Made by a program: the position numbers and the translations under genes | Notes under the pieces: generated by a model | The model's input: only the letters and a program-made list of their open reading frames with translations | What the model was told of the DNA's origin: nothing | Databases searched by the model: none | Source: Chitinophaga pinensis | GTDB taxonomy: Bacteria > Bacteroidota > Bacteroidia > NS11-12g > UBA955 | NCBI GenBank assembly: GCA_945890895.1 | Contig: CAMDDG010000003.1 | Coordinates: 12,938 to 76,937 of the forward strand | DNA: 64,000 bases | Direction of reading: 5' to 3' | Shown here: in pieces, positions 1-9,564 of the stretch | Position numbering within the stretch: position 1 is the stretch's first letter | Layout of the letters: each line of letters begins with the position of its first letter

Positions 1-714
1 TTTAAAACCCAAATGATGAGTAGTTGAAGCAATTTGATTCTTTAAATATTCCAATCGATCGTGACGATACATTTGCAACGTGTTGTAAATGATTGTCGCT
101 TCCTGATTGAATTTCATCATCGCTTCTTCCGCCAATCGATCAATAGCTTCTTGCAACCATGTTTCCTCGGCATCTATGAATAGACGAACTTTACAATCGT
201 ATGCGGTTTGACAAATTTTAAAAAAGCGATTTACTCCTTTTTCCCAATTTTCTTTCTCGGGGGATGTTAATTCGGTGTTGGAAGTCATCTTCGCAAGTAA
301 ATCCGAATGTATTACTCCGGTTACCTTAAACACAGCAAACGGTATAGAATCCGGTTGTTTTTGTGCCGCTAAAATGGTTCTAACGATCTCATCAGCTGTA
401 GATTCGAATACCGATTCAGATTCTTCACCTTCAACAGAGTAATCTAATATAGTTCCAATACCAGAAGCATTTAATCGATTAATTGTGAACTGACAATCTT
501 GAATGTTTTCACCGCCACAAAATTGTTCAAAAATGGTGTTTTTGATTACCGACTTAAATCCTAGATTCAAAGCAACCTTAGCCATACCTGGCCCCCATTT
601 CAACAACCACGGATAATCAAATGATTTAAATAGCAAACGAGCTTTTTTCAACTCTCCATTATTCTTGCTTTTAAAAGCAATTTCGGTGTTATCAAAAGAT
701 ATTTGTGAGTTCAT
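1..714 (-). CDS. Proline dehydrogenase, N-terminal 238 codons. The gene runs off the window start; the ATG lies at 714..712.
   Basis: Manual translation of the minus strand gives MNSQISFDNTEIAFKSKNNGELKKARLLFKSFDYPWLLKWGPGMAKVALNLGFKSVIKNTIFEQFCGGE...GTILDYSVEGEE.... This matches the PF01619 proline dehydrogenase N-terminus. The reading frame stays open to position 1. Confidence 0.65.
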   Translation of the reverse strand, partial: MNSQISFDNTEIAFKSKNNGELKKARLLFKSFDYPWLLKWGPGMAKVALNLGFKSVIKNTIFEQFCGGENIQDCQFTINRLNASGIGTILDYSVEGEESESVFESTADEIVRTILAAQKQPDSIPFAVFKVTGVIHSDLLAKMTSNTELTSPEKENWEKGVNRFFKICQTAYDCKVRLFIDAEETWLQEAIDRLAEEAMMKFNQEATIIYNTLQMYRHDRLEYLKNQIASTTHHLGFK

Positions 715-770
715 TTTTTAGTAATACAAAATAAAGCCAAAACAATGGAAGTTTAAAGTTTATTCAATCA

Positions 771-2684
771 TTATGGCAATCTAAGTTGCAATTTTTCCAT
801 TGCATCTATTAGTTTGGGGTGTTTTTCAATCAAATAGTCCAACTTCTCTTTGTCGGTGTAAGGTCTTCTTGCAGCATATTCAACTTCGCCCATTTCTAAA
901 ACTAACTCAGTAATTCGTCCGCCTGAATGAGTAATTAAATCCTGAGTTAATGAAATACGAAGTTCTTCAAATGCCACCATATGCAGCTGACTCGAAGCAG
1001 TTATCTTGAATGAATAATTATCTATATCGCATTTAACCGATTTAAGTAAAGATACAATTCTTTGGGACTTATTCTCCGAAATTTTCTGAATTAATCCGTC
1101 AACGGTAATCGATTCATTGGTTGCTAATTTCTGAGCGTTGTTGGACGGACTAAACTGACTTTCATTTGTGTTACTCGATTTTAAATTTCCGGTTTCATTC
1201 AGGTTATTTTCAATCGGATTTAAATGAACATTTGTCGAATGAATTTTTGGAGACTCAATTGGGTTCAAATTTGAATCCGGAGTTTGTTCCAATTTAGCGT
1301 TGATTACATTGTAAGAATCCAATGTATTTGAAGCAATCTCAGAATTAGGTTCATTCAAATTATCAGTTTTTGTGTGTACTGAGTTATTTGAATTTGAATT
1401 ATTCGACGAAATGGAATCTGTATTCTGAGAATTTTTCTGATTTTTAAATGCTTTAAAATCAATTGCACCTAAACGAGACTGTGTTACTTTTTTTATAGTA
1501 TCCTCTTTGATCGTAGGTGTGTTGCGATCAACAATACTTTTAGCGGTGACCGTTGAATTTGATTCAGAATTAACTTTGGAATTAGTTAATTTTTTTTTTA
1601 CTTCCTCAAGTGTGGGAAGTTCTGAAACAAATTGTAAAACGTGCGATAACTTTATATAAGTAATTTCTATGAGCAACCGTGGATTTCTAGAGGATTTGAA
1701 TTTTTCATCGGCCTCATGAGTAATGTTCAAAGCATTTAATAAAAATGCCATCGATAACTTGGAAGACTGTTCTTTATACTTATTTTTATACGATTCTGAA
1801 ACGTCCAACAAACTATTGGTTAAAGAATCTTTACTTACCAATAAATTTCTGAAATGTTGAGCGAATCCTCCTATAATTAATGACCCATCGAAACCTTGGT
1901 TAATTGCTTTGTCTATAATTAATAAACCTTCGCCTACTTGTTGATTAATTGCATGTTCAGTCAAACTGAAAAACGTTTCGACATCCAAAATGTTAAGCAT
2001 GTCAACTGCTTTTTCATAAGTAACTTCACCTGCGGCAAAACTTGCTAACTGGTCAAATAAACTTAATGCATCTCTCAGTCCGCCATCTGCTTTATTTGCA
2101 ATTAAGTGAAGTACTTCCTCTGAAACTTGAACATTTTCGTTTTTTGCAATCATTGCCAAATGTTCAACCATGTCTTTGGTTTCAATTCGATTAAAATTAA
2201 AAACTTGACAACGACTTAAAATAGTAGGCAGGATTTTATGTTTCTCAGTGGTAGCTAGAATAAAAATAGCATAGTTAGGTGGTTCTTCTAATGTTTTAAG
2301 AAATGCATTGAACGCACTCGTTGTTAACATATGAACCTCATCTATAATATAAACTTTGTATTTACCTACTTGAGGAGGTATGCGCACTTGATCAATCAAA
2401 TTTCGGATATCCTCAACTGCATTATTTGAAGCTGCGTCTAATTCAAAAATATTAAAAGCGAAATCATGATCCAGATTTTCACCATTTTGTTGATTGATTA
2501 CCTTGGCTAAAATTCGTGCACACGTGGTTTTACCTACTCCTCTGGGGCCGGTAAACAAGAATGCTTGTGCCAACTTATTGTTGGTTATTTCATGCATTAG
2601 TGTTTCTGCAACATGCTTCTGTCCTACTACATCTGTAAAAGTTGTAGGACGGTACTTTCTGGCCGAAACGATGTAAGATTCCAC
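771..2684 (-). CDS. dnaX: DNA polymerase III subunit gamma/tau. The likely start is GTG at 2684, giving MESYIVSARKYRP.... The ORF track extends to an upstream ATG at 2783.
   Basis: The AAA+ clamp-loader motifs GPRGVGKTT and SRCQ are present, followed by the tau C-terminal domains. The N-terminus conserved in Bacteroidota DnaX (M-E-x-Y-I-V-S-A-R-K-Y-R-P) begins at an in-frame GTG. The 33 codons upstream of that GTG have no homology. Confidence 0.85.
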   Translation of the reverse strand: MESYIVSARKYRPTTFTDVVGQKHVAETLMHEITNNKLAQAFLFTGPRGVGKTTCARILAKVINQQNGENLDHDFAFNIFELDAASNNAVEDIRNLIDQVRIPPQVGKYKVYIIDEVHMLTTSAFNAFLKTLEEPPNYAIFILATTEKHKILPTILSRCQVFNFNRIETKDMVEHLAMIAKNENVQVSEEVLHLIANKADGGLRDALSLFDQLASFAAGEVTYEKAVDMLNILDVETFFSLTEHAINQQVGEGLLIIDKAINQGFDGSLIIGGFAQHFRNLLVSKDSLTNSLLDVSESYKNKYKEQSSKLSMAFLLNALNITHEADEKFKSSRNPRLLIEITYIKLSHVLQFVSELPTLEEVKKKLTNSKVNSESNSTVTAKSIVDRNTPTIKEDTIKKVTQSRLGAIDFKAFKNQKNSQNTDSISSNNSNSNNSVHTKTDNLNEPNSEIASNTLDSYNVINAKLEQTPDSNLNPIESPKIHSTNVHLNPIENNLNETGNLKSSNTNESQFSPSNNAQKLATNESITVDGLIQKISENKSQRIVSLLKSVKCDIDNYSFKITASSQLHMVAFEELRISLTQDLITHSGGRITELVLEMGEVEYAARRPYTDKEKLDYLIEKHPKLIDAMEKLQLRLP

Positions 2685-2808
2685 ATTGCAAATTAATCTC
2701 TTTTTTATGAGTTGGACAATGAAGAATCCATAATTATTTAAGTTTTTTATACACTGAGATAGGTATTCCTTTTCAATGCTCAAAAATTGTTATTAATTTG
2801 TATTCGAT

Positions 2809-3330
2809 ATGAATATCGGAGAGATTTTAACCCCATTTGAGTTGAAGAGTACATCTGGAAACATGGTGAACTCGTTTGATTATCATGAACAGTATGCATT
2901 AGCTATTTTTATTACTTGCAATCATTGTAAGTATTCGCAAGCATATTGGCAGAGAATTATCAAATTGGCCAATAAATTTGAAGAAGACAATTTAGCTGTA
3001 ATTGCAATTAATCCAAACAATCCATTGGTACAACCACAAGATAGTTTTGAGAATATGATTCAGCTCAAAAATCAAATGAATTTACCTTTTGAATATCTTT
3101 ATGATGAAAATCAGGAAGTAGCGAAACAATTGGGTGCTACTAAAACTCCGGAAGTATTTTTGTTCAATAGTCGTAGAGAATTAGTTTATAAAGGAGCTAT
3201 TGACGACAGCTGGGATAACGAACAAACCGTAACTCATGTTTATCTAGAAGATGCTATTGAATACGCATTAGATGGTATTGAAGTAGATTATCCAGAAATT
3301 CCAGCTGTTGGATGCAGTATTAAGTGGTAA
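2809..3330 (+). CDS. Thioredoxin-fold protein, redoxin/TlpA-AhpC-like, with a CNHC motif.
   Basis: CxxC motif (CNHC), thioredoxin-like spacing, and conserved KTPEVFLF and YKGAIDD elements. Confidence 0.55.
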   Translation: MNIGEILTPFELKSTSGNMVNSFDYHEQYALAIFITCNHCKYSQAYWQRIIKLANKFEEDNLAVIAINPNNPLVQPQDSFENMIQLKNQMNLPFEYLYDENQEVAKQLGATKTPEVFLFNSRRELVYKGAIDDSWDNEQTVTHVYLEDAIEYALDGIEVDYPEIPAVGCSIKW

Positions 3331-3373
3331 TTGATTTATTACCAGCACAATAACCAATTAAAACACAATTAAT

Positions 3374-3943
3374 ATGGAAACCAGCATAAATATAAATGAA
3401 GTAATCACGGTATTTTTCACTCTGTTTGCAGTAATAGATATGCTGGGTTCCATTCCAATTTTAGTTTCGCTAAAACAAAAAATTCCAGATATTCATCCAG
3501 GAATGGTAACCTTAGCTTCAGCGAGCTTAATGATTGGTTTTTTATATATCGGGGAATATTTTTTGAAATACATCGGTATTGATCTTCAAAGTTTTGCACT
3601 TGCAGGTAGTATCGTAATGTTTATTTTGGCTCTTGAAATGGTTTTAGGAATTGATATTTTTCGAACAGATCCAGAAACTCCATCTGGAAGCATCATACCT
3701 GTAGCTTTTCCAATTATTGCCGGATCTGGAACTCTTACTACCATTTTATCATTAAAGGCTATTTACGATAAAACAACAATTTTACTAGGTATTTTACCAA
3801 ATATTCTACTTATTTTTCTAGTATTACATACAACCGGTTGGTTTGAAAGAAAAATCGGAAAATCAGGAATGATGGTAGTACGAAAATTCTTTGGGGTCAT
3901 ACTATTAGCCATAGCTGTAAAACTTTTCAAATCCAATATTTGA
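3374..3943 (+). CDS. MarC family (UPF0056/NAAT) integral membrane protein.
   Basis: About 190 aa and fully hydrophobic, with six predicted TM helices. The N-terminal FTLFAVIDMLGSIPI motif is typical of the MarC family. Confidence 0.6.
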   Translation: METSININEVITVFFTLFAVIDMLGSIPILVSLKQKIPDIHPGMVTLASASLMIGFLYIGEYFLKYIGIDLQSFALAGSIVMFILALEMVLGIDIFRTDPETPSGSIIPVAFPIIAGSGTLTTILSLKAIYDKTTILLGILPNILLIFLVLHTTGWFERKIGKSGMMVVRKFFGVILLAIAVKLFKSNI

Positions 3944-4121
3944 TTCTAATTTGAATTGAGATACAGATTTAATTCACTGTCTGAAAAATTAAATCGATTC
4001 AAAAAAAGTAATTAGTAAAACACTCAATTTTAATACTGTAATTTATTTTAATCAGCTTCCATAACCTTTAACGCTTTTTTTAAATTAAACGCATATTAAA
4101 TCGACTGATAAAAATTAATTT

Positions 4122-5159
4122 TTAAAGCAACGATTGATATAAATCCAGATATTGTTTAGAGATGTTATTTTCGTCAACCTTCGTGATTATACTTGAATAA
4201 TTCATTGATTTCAAATTAGTCAATGCAAGAATTGAATTAGCAATTTCATTCAAACTAAGTGGATCAAACCAAATAACCGATTCCACGTCATTCATTAATT
4301 CCTGAAATACAGGTATGTTTGAAACTGCCATAGGAATTCCTATGGTGGCAGCCTCAACGATAGGAATACCGAATCCTTCAGAAAAAGAGGGATAAATAAA
4401 TCCTGAACTTTCAACTAACAATTTTTCAAGTTCAGAGTCGGATGGAAAATGATAAAAAATAATCCGATCATTCAATTTTAAATCTTCCACCAATTGAATT
4501 AATTCAGATTCTAGATTTCCCTTGCCGGCCAAAATCAAATTATGTGGAAGCAAATGACAAACGGATGAAAACGCTTTTATCAAATTAACATGATTCTTTC
4601 TTGACACAAAAGATGAGTGATAAATAAAATAAGGCATCTTTGAATTTGGACACCAAGAATTACTTATATATTTAGTTGAAATAGATTGATATAATACCTT
4701 TATTTTCAATTTTTTATTATAATAGTATTTTTCAACTTCCGAAGCATAATATTTTTTTATTTCAGCCGCAGTAAAATCGCTTGTAGCAATGATTAAATCC
4801 GCGCGTTTTAACGCATAATTGGTTTTAAAATCATAAATCAAAGAATCAAAAAATGGATAATCGTTCGGACGACTTTTGAAAAGTACATCATGAATCGTTA
4901 CTACGGTTTTAATAGATTTAGGTAGATCAAATGGGAGTTCGTTGGATAAACCATGAAAGATATTCGCACCCCATTTAGAAGCAACAGTCCCCATACCATA
5001 AGATCTCCACCATGGAAATGCTTTCTTGGGTTTATCCAGAAGATTAAACTCTATTTCAGACGCATATCTGGACATTAAACCATTCACCAAGGTTCGGGAG
5101 TAATTCCCTAGCCCCGAAGAATTGTGAAAATATCGTTTTGCGTCGAAAGCAATTTTCAT
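4122..5159 (-). CDS. Glycosyltransferase family 4 (GT1 fold).
   Basis: C-terminal EGFGIPIVEAATIGIPMAVSNIPVFQE motif (E-x7-E-like), with a GT-B fold layout. Confidence 0.7.
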   Translation of the reverse strand: MKIAFDAKRYFHNSSGLGNYSRTLVNGLMSRYASEIEFNLLDKPKKAFPWWRSYGMGTVASKWGANIFHGLSNELPFDLPKSIKTVVTIHDVLFKSRPNDYPFFDSLIYDFKTNYALKRADLIIATSDFTAAEIKKYYASEVEKYYYNKKLKIKVLYQSISTKYISNSWCPNSKMPYFIYHSSFVSRKNHVNLIKAFSSVCHLLPHNLILAGKGNLESELIQLVEDLKLNDRIIFYHFPSDSELEKLLVESSGFIYPSFSEGFGIPIVEAATIGIPMAVSNIPVFQELMNDVESVIWFDPLSLNEIANSILALTNLKSMNYSSIITKVDENNISKQYLDLYQSLL

Positions 5160-5171
5160 AAACAGATCATA

Positions 5172-5987
5172 TTAAACTGCAACACCGTAATCACGCAAAG
5201 CATCATTCAGTGACGTTTTTTGATCTGTACTTGCTTTTCTTTCACCAATAATCAAGGCAACTGGAACATAAAAATCTCCACCAGCAAATTCCTTTTTGAT
5301 ATTAGCAGGAATAACTACGCTTCTTGGGGGAATATACCCTTTTGGTAACTCTTCACCTGTTTGGGCATTCATAATTTTAGTTGACATAGTTAATGTCAAA
5401 CCAGCTCCCAATACAGCTTCTTTGCCAACATGAACACCTTCAACTACAATACAACGACTTCCCACGAAAACTCCGTCTTCAATAATAACGGGAGCGGCTT
5501 GAACCGGTTCTAGAACACCACCAATTCCTACTCCTCCACTTAGATGAACATTTTTACCAATTTGAGCACAACTACCCACTGTAGCCCATGTATCTACCAT
5601 AGTACCTGAATCGACAAATGCACCGATATTCACATAAGAAGGCATTAAAATAACTCCAGGTGCAATGTAAGCACCATGTCGAGACACCGCATGAGGAACT
5701 ACTCGAATATTCAATTCATCGTAATTTTGTTTTAAAGGCATTTTATCGTAAAATTCCAATGGACCAGCATTGTACTTTTCCATTTTACGGGTTGGGAAAT
5801 ATAAAATTACGGCCTTTTTAATCCAATCATTCACTTTCCACGATCCATCCAATTGTGGTTCAGCCACACGTAATTTTCCTTTGTCTAGTAATTCTATTAT
5901 TTCCTCAATGGCTTTCACATTTTGAATTTCGGATAATAATTCGCGATTATTCCATATTTGCTCGATGATTTCAGGATACTTTTCCAT
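5172..5987 (-). CDS. dapD: 2,3,4,5-tetrahydropyridine-2,6-dicarboxylate N-succinyltransferase.
   Basis: Hexapeptide-repeat left-handed beta-helix, with an N-terminus of DapD type (LDKGKLRVAEP...). Confidence 0.8.
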   Translation of the reverse strand: MEKYPEIIEQIWNNRELLSEIQNVKAIEEIIELLDKGKLRVAEPQLDGSWKVNDWIKKAVILYFPTRKMEKYNAGPLEFYDKMPLKQNYDELNIRVVPHAVSRHGAYIAPGVILMPSYVNIGAFVDSGTMVDTWATVGSCAQIGKNVHLSGGVGIGGVLEPVQAAPVIIEDGVFVGSRCIVVEGVHVGKEAVLGAGLTLTMSTKIMNAQTGEELPKGYIPPRSVVIPANIKKEFAGGDFYVPVALIIGERKASTDQKTSLNDALRDYGVAV

Positions 5988-6038
5988 TCTGATTCGTTAA
6001 ATTGCAACAAAATTGCGAAACATTTTCCAAACCAACCT

Positions 6039-8603
6039 ATGAAAATACAAACATTTGGTACAAAAATGAGCTTTTTACTATTGTTCGGTTCCATTTTGAA
6101 TCCTTCAAACGCTCAACAAACCACAATTAACTCATCCCCAAAAAGTCAACTATTATATAGCCAGCCAGCTCAGAAAGGGAGTAAAAAATTGGCCATAACC
6201 GATTGTTTTAGTTCGCAGTATTCCACAGTTTTTGGAAACCCGGTTTTTTTAAAGTACCCCAATGAAAATTTTCATTTAGTTCAGTTTATTTTCAATCGAG
6301 ATAAAAAATCTCATCTGTATTTGTATCCCGTAAATCAAACCATTACAGATTCAAATGGAATAATTTTTATTCATGCAGATAGTTTTGCTTTGAGTTTGAA
6401 AAAATCCATTCAAAATTTCACTGAAAAGAAAGGTTTGGATTCTAAGGATGTCAAGGTCATGTTGAACATGATACCTAATATTCATTGGCATAATTCGAGT
6501 TCAGGATGGTTTGAATACAATAATTATGTAATTGAATTGAATCTAAATTTACGAGCTACTCAAAATGATGTTCAAAACTCCCAATTAACTCCTTCCCAGT
6601 TGGGTGTCCCAAAGTCTTCAGTTGATTTGGAATTAAGTAGAAACATAGAAATGAACATCTTGTATTCTACTGAAGAAAATACAACTACATCACTTACCGA
6701 ATTAATCCAACCCCCCCAATCAACTGCAAGAACTGCCTATGTTAAGGATTACAACTTGTTTATTGTTGGCAATTCAATCCAACCAACAAAAATTACTAAT
6801 GATGGAAAAGATGGCATAATATACGGTCAATCTGTTCATAGAAACGAATTCGGAATTAATGGAGGTTTGTTCTGGAGTTCAGATTTGAATCAATTGGCAT
6901 TTTATCGAATGGACGAACAACGAGTTACCAAATATCCAATGTTCGATATACATCCTCGCCCCGCCACTCCCACCGAAATAAGATATCCTATGTCGGGTGA
7001 TTCCAGTCATTCCGTAACCGTTGGAGTTTATAATATAAATACAAAATCTACTGTTTATTTAAAAACTGAAGGAAGTTATGATCATTACTTGACCAATATT
7101 ACTTGGTCGCCAGATTCTAAATCCATTTATCTGTTTTGGGTGAATAGAGACCAGAATAGAACCGAATTAAGAGAATATTCATCTCTTGATGGAAAACTGA
7201 TTAAAACACATATTGAATATACCCATCCAAAATATACGGAACCGGAAACTGGATTGATTTTTTCCAAAAACATACCGGAGGGTTTCATTTTTCAAAGTGA
7301 ACACAGTGGATTCAATCATTTGTATTTATACTTAAAGAACCCGACTAACGTCCCCAAAAACAAAAAAGCCTACAAAAACACTCAATCTTTTGCAGACGGA
7401 GGAGTATTGAATCATTACGGATATTTATTTCCAATTACTCAAGGGAATTGGGAAGTAACCGAAGTATTGGGATTGGATCAAACTGAGAATCATTTGATTT
7501 ATTTAAGCACACGGCACTCAAAAGAAACAGATCAAGGAGCTTTAAATCGGGTACCTATGATCTCTAATATTCAAACAGGTGAAACTATTTCCATTTTAAA
7601 AAATTTAACATCCCAAAATACTAAAAACCCTCAAATAGAAGTTTTAGAAGATTATATTCAATCAGCAATATGGATACCAGCTACGTCGAGATTATTAATG
7701 ATTACTTCAAACATCAACAATCCACGTAACCTTTATTCCATTTCAACAAAAGATATTACATCCGGTGGTAAAATCAGTAAGAAAGCCGTTTTTGCTCAAT
7801 TGGTGCATTCTGGAAATAATCCGATTTCCAATTTTCAAATTGGTGAAATAAAAATTGAATCCATTGAAAATCAAGGGATAACTTTATTTCAAAGAACATT
7901 TTTACCTCCTAATTTCGATCCAAATAAAAAATATCCAGTTGTTGTTTATTTATATGGAGGCCCGCATGCACAAATGGTAACCAATAGTTGGATGGGGGGT
8001 GGAAACTTATGGATGGCATATATGGCTTCTGAAGGTTACATCGTTTATACCTTAGACAATCGTGGTTCTTCTCATAGAGGATTAAGTTTTGAAAATGCAA
8101 CTCACAGAAATTTAGGTACAATTGAAATGTTAGATCAGATAGCTGGTTTAGACTATTTGAAAAATCTACCCTATGTAGATAGTACCCGTATTGGTGTTCA
8201 TGGTTGGAGTTTTGGAGGTTTTATGACTACTTCACTAATGACCAGATATCCAGGCAAATACAAAGTGGGTGTTGCGGGTGGACCAGTTATCGATTGGAGC
8301 TTTTACGAAATCATGTATACTGAGAGATATATGGACAGGCCAGAAGAAAATCCATCAGGTTATTCACAGAACAATTTACTTAACTACGCCCAAAATTTAA
8401 AAGGTCCGTTACTAATGATTCATGGTGCAGATGACGATGTAGTGGTATGGCAACATAGTTTAATGTTTACGGATAAATGTGTTAAAACCATGAATACACA
8501 CTTGGATTATTTTGTATATCCAGGACATAAACATAATGTTGTTGGTAGAGACCGTGCTCATTTATATAAAAAGATTAGTGAATACTTTTTTGAAAAATTA
8601 TAA
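6039..8603 (+). CDS. S9 family peptidase (DPP-IV/prolyl oligopeptidase-like) with a signal peptide and an N-terminal extension of about 280 aa.
   Basis: DPPIV_N beta-propeller region (GLFWSSDLNQLAFYRMDE...) and an S9 catalytic domain (GVHGWSFGG nucleophile elbow, HG...DD, GHKH). The ATG at 6039 gives a signal peptide, MKIQTFGTKMSFLLLFGSILNPSNAQQ. The ORF-track start at 5958 would overlap dapD. Confidence 0.8.
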   Translation: MKIQTFGTKMSFLLLFGSILNPSNAQQTTINSSPKSQLLYSQPAQKGSKKLAITDCFSSQYSTVFGNPVFLKYPNENFHLVQFIFNRDKKSHLYLYPVNQTITDSNGIIFIHADSFALSLKKSIQNFTEKKGLDSKDVKVMLNMIPNIHWHNSSSGWFEYNNYVIELNLNLRATQNDVQNSQLTPSQLGVPKSSVDLELSRNIEMNILYSTEENTTTSLTELIQPPQSTARTAYVKDYNLFIVGNSIQPTKITNDGKDGIIYGQSVHRNEFGINGGLFWSSDLNQLAFYRMDEQRVTKYPMFDIHPRPATPTEIRYPMSGDSSHSVTVGVYNINTKSTVYLKTEGSYDHYLTNITWSPDSKSIYLFWVNRDQNRTELREYSSLDGKLIKTHIEYTHPKYTEPETGLIFSKNIPEGFIFQSEHSGFNHLYLYLKNPTNVPKNKKAYKNTQSFADGGVLNHYGYLFPITQGNWEVTEVLGLDQTENHLIYLSTRHSKETDQGALNRVPMISNIQTGETISILKNLTSQNTKNPQIEVLEDYIQSAIWIPATSRLLMITSNINNPRNLYSISTKDITSGGKISKKAVFAQLVHSGNNPISNFQIGEIKIESIENQGITLFQRTFLPPNFDPNKKYPVVVYLYGGPHAQMVTNSWMGGGNLWMAYMASEGYIVYTLDNRGSSHRGLSFENATHRNLGTIEMLDQIAGLDYLKNLPYVDSTRIGVHGWSFGGFMTTSLMTRYPGKYKVGVAGGPVIDWSFYEIMYTERYMDRPEENPSGYSQNNLLNYAQNLKGPLLMIHGADDDVVVWQHSLMFTDKCVKTMNTHLDYFVYPGHKHNVVGRDRAHLYKKISEYFFEKL

Positions 8604-8687
8604 TCTTCAAATTAATAAATATTCATTTTTCAAAACCAATAGAATTATAACGATTTTATTTAATCGTAAAAATCAATTTAGCAGAGG

Positions 8688-9563
8688 ATGGGAATGGATT
8701 TTGAAATAGTCGAGTGCCCTAGAGATGCCATGCAAGGTATTTCTGAAATTATTAGCACTGAGAAAAAGATTGCATATCTTAAAGCGTTGATTTCAAAGGG
8801 ATTTGATGTATTAGATTGTGGAAGTTTTGTAAATCCTTCGGCGGTTCCTCAAATGGCAGATACTGCCGAGGTGATTCAAAAAATTGCAGAATTCAGGGAT
8901 GAGTTGAAAATAACTGCACATTCAAAATTCTTGGTCATTGTAGCCAATCAACGTGGTGCTGCACGTGCATCTGCATTTCCTTCAATAGATTATCTTGGAT
9001 ATCCTTTTTCAGTAAGTGAAGAATTTCAAAAAAGAAACACGAATTCATCACGCGAAAATGCATTCCTAGAATTAGCCAAAATTCAAGAAATTGCTGTGTC
9101 AGCTGGTAAAAAAGTAGTGGCTTACATGAGTATGGGATTTGGTAATCCGTATGGTGAGGAATATTCTGCTGAATTGGTTTTCAAATGGGCAGAACGAATT
9201 GCAAGTATAGGTATTCGAACTATTTCAATTTCTGACACCACGAGTAATGCAACTCCCGAATTAATTCATACGTTGTATTCGACCCTTATCCCCAAATTAC
9301 CTCATGTTAAATTCGGTGCACATTTACACGCTCCTGCTCACGATTGGCAGAAAAAAATAACAGCTTGCATTGAATCTGGAGTAAAGCGTTTTGATGGTGC
9401 TATTTTAGGTTTTGGGGGATGCCCTTTCGCAAAAAATGATTTGGTTGGAAATATACCAACAGAGGGATTATTAAAATATTTGAATTACAATTACGGATTC
9501 AACCGTATAAGTTTGGATGACCACGACATATTGTTGGCCAACCAAACTTATCACAATCTTTAA
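8688..9563 (+). CDS. Hydroxymethylglutaryl-CoA lyase.
   Basis: HMGL-like TIM barrel. Motifs: EC(P)RDAMQG, KFGAHLHAP, GGCPFA. Confidence 0.8.
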   Translation: MGMDFEIVECPRDAMQGISEIISTEKKIAYLKALISKGFDVLDCGSFVNPSAVPQMADTAEVIQKIAEFRDELKITAHSKFLVIVANQRGAARASAFPSIDYLGYPFSVSEEFQKRNTNSSRENAFLELAKIQEIAVSAGKKVVAYMSMGFGNPYGEEYSAELVFKWAERIASIGIRTISISDTTSNATPELIHTLYSTLIPKLPHVKFGAHLHAPAHDWQKKITACIESGVKRFDGAILGFGGCPFAKNDLVGNIPTEGLLKYLNYNYGFNRISLDDHDILLANQTYHNL

Positions 9564-9564
9564 T

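Noticed and set aside
8512-8709. A 65-aa ORF bridging the S9 peptidase 3' end and the HMG-CoA lyase 5' end.
   Set aside because: It overlaps two confident genes in a different frame. It is low-complexity and looks spurious.
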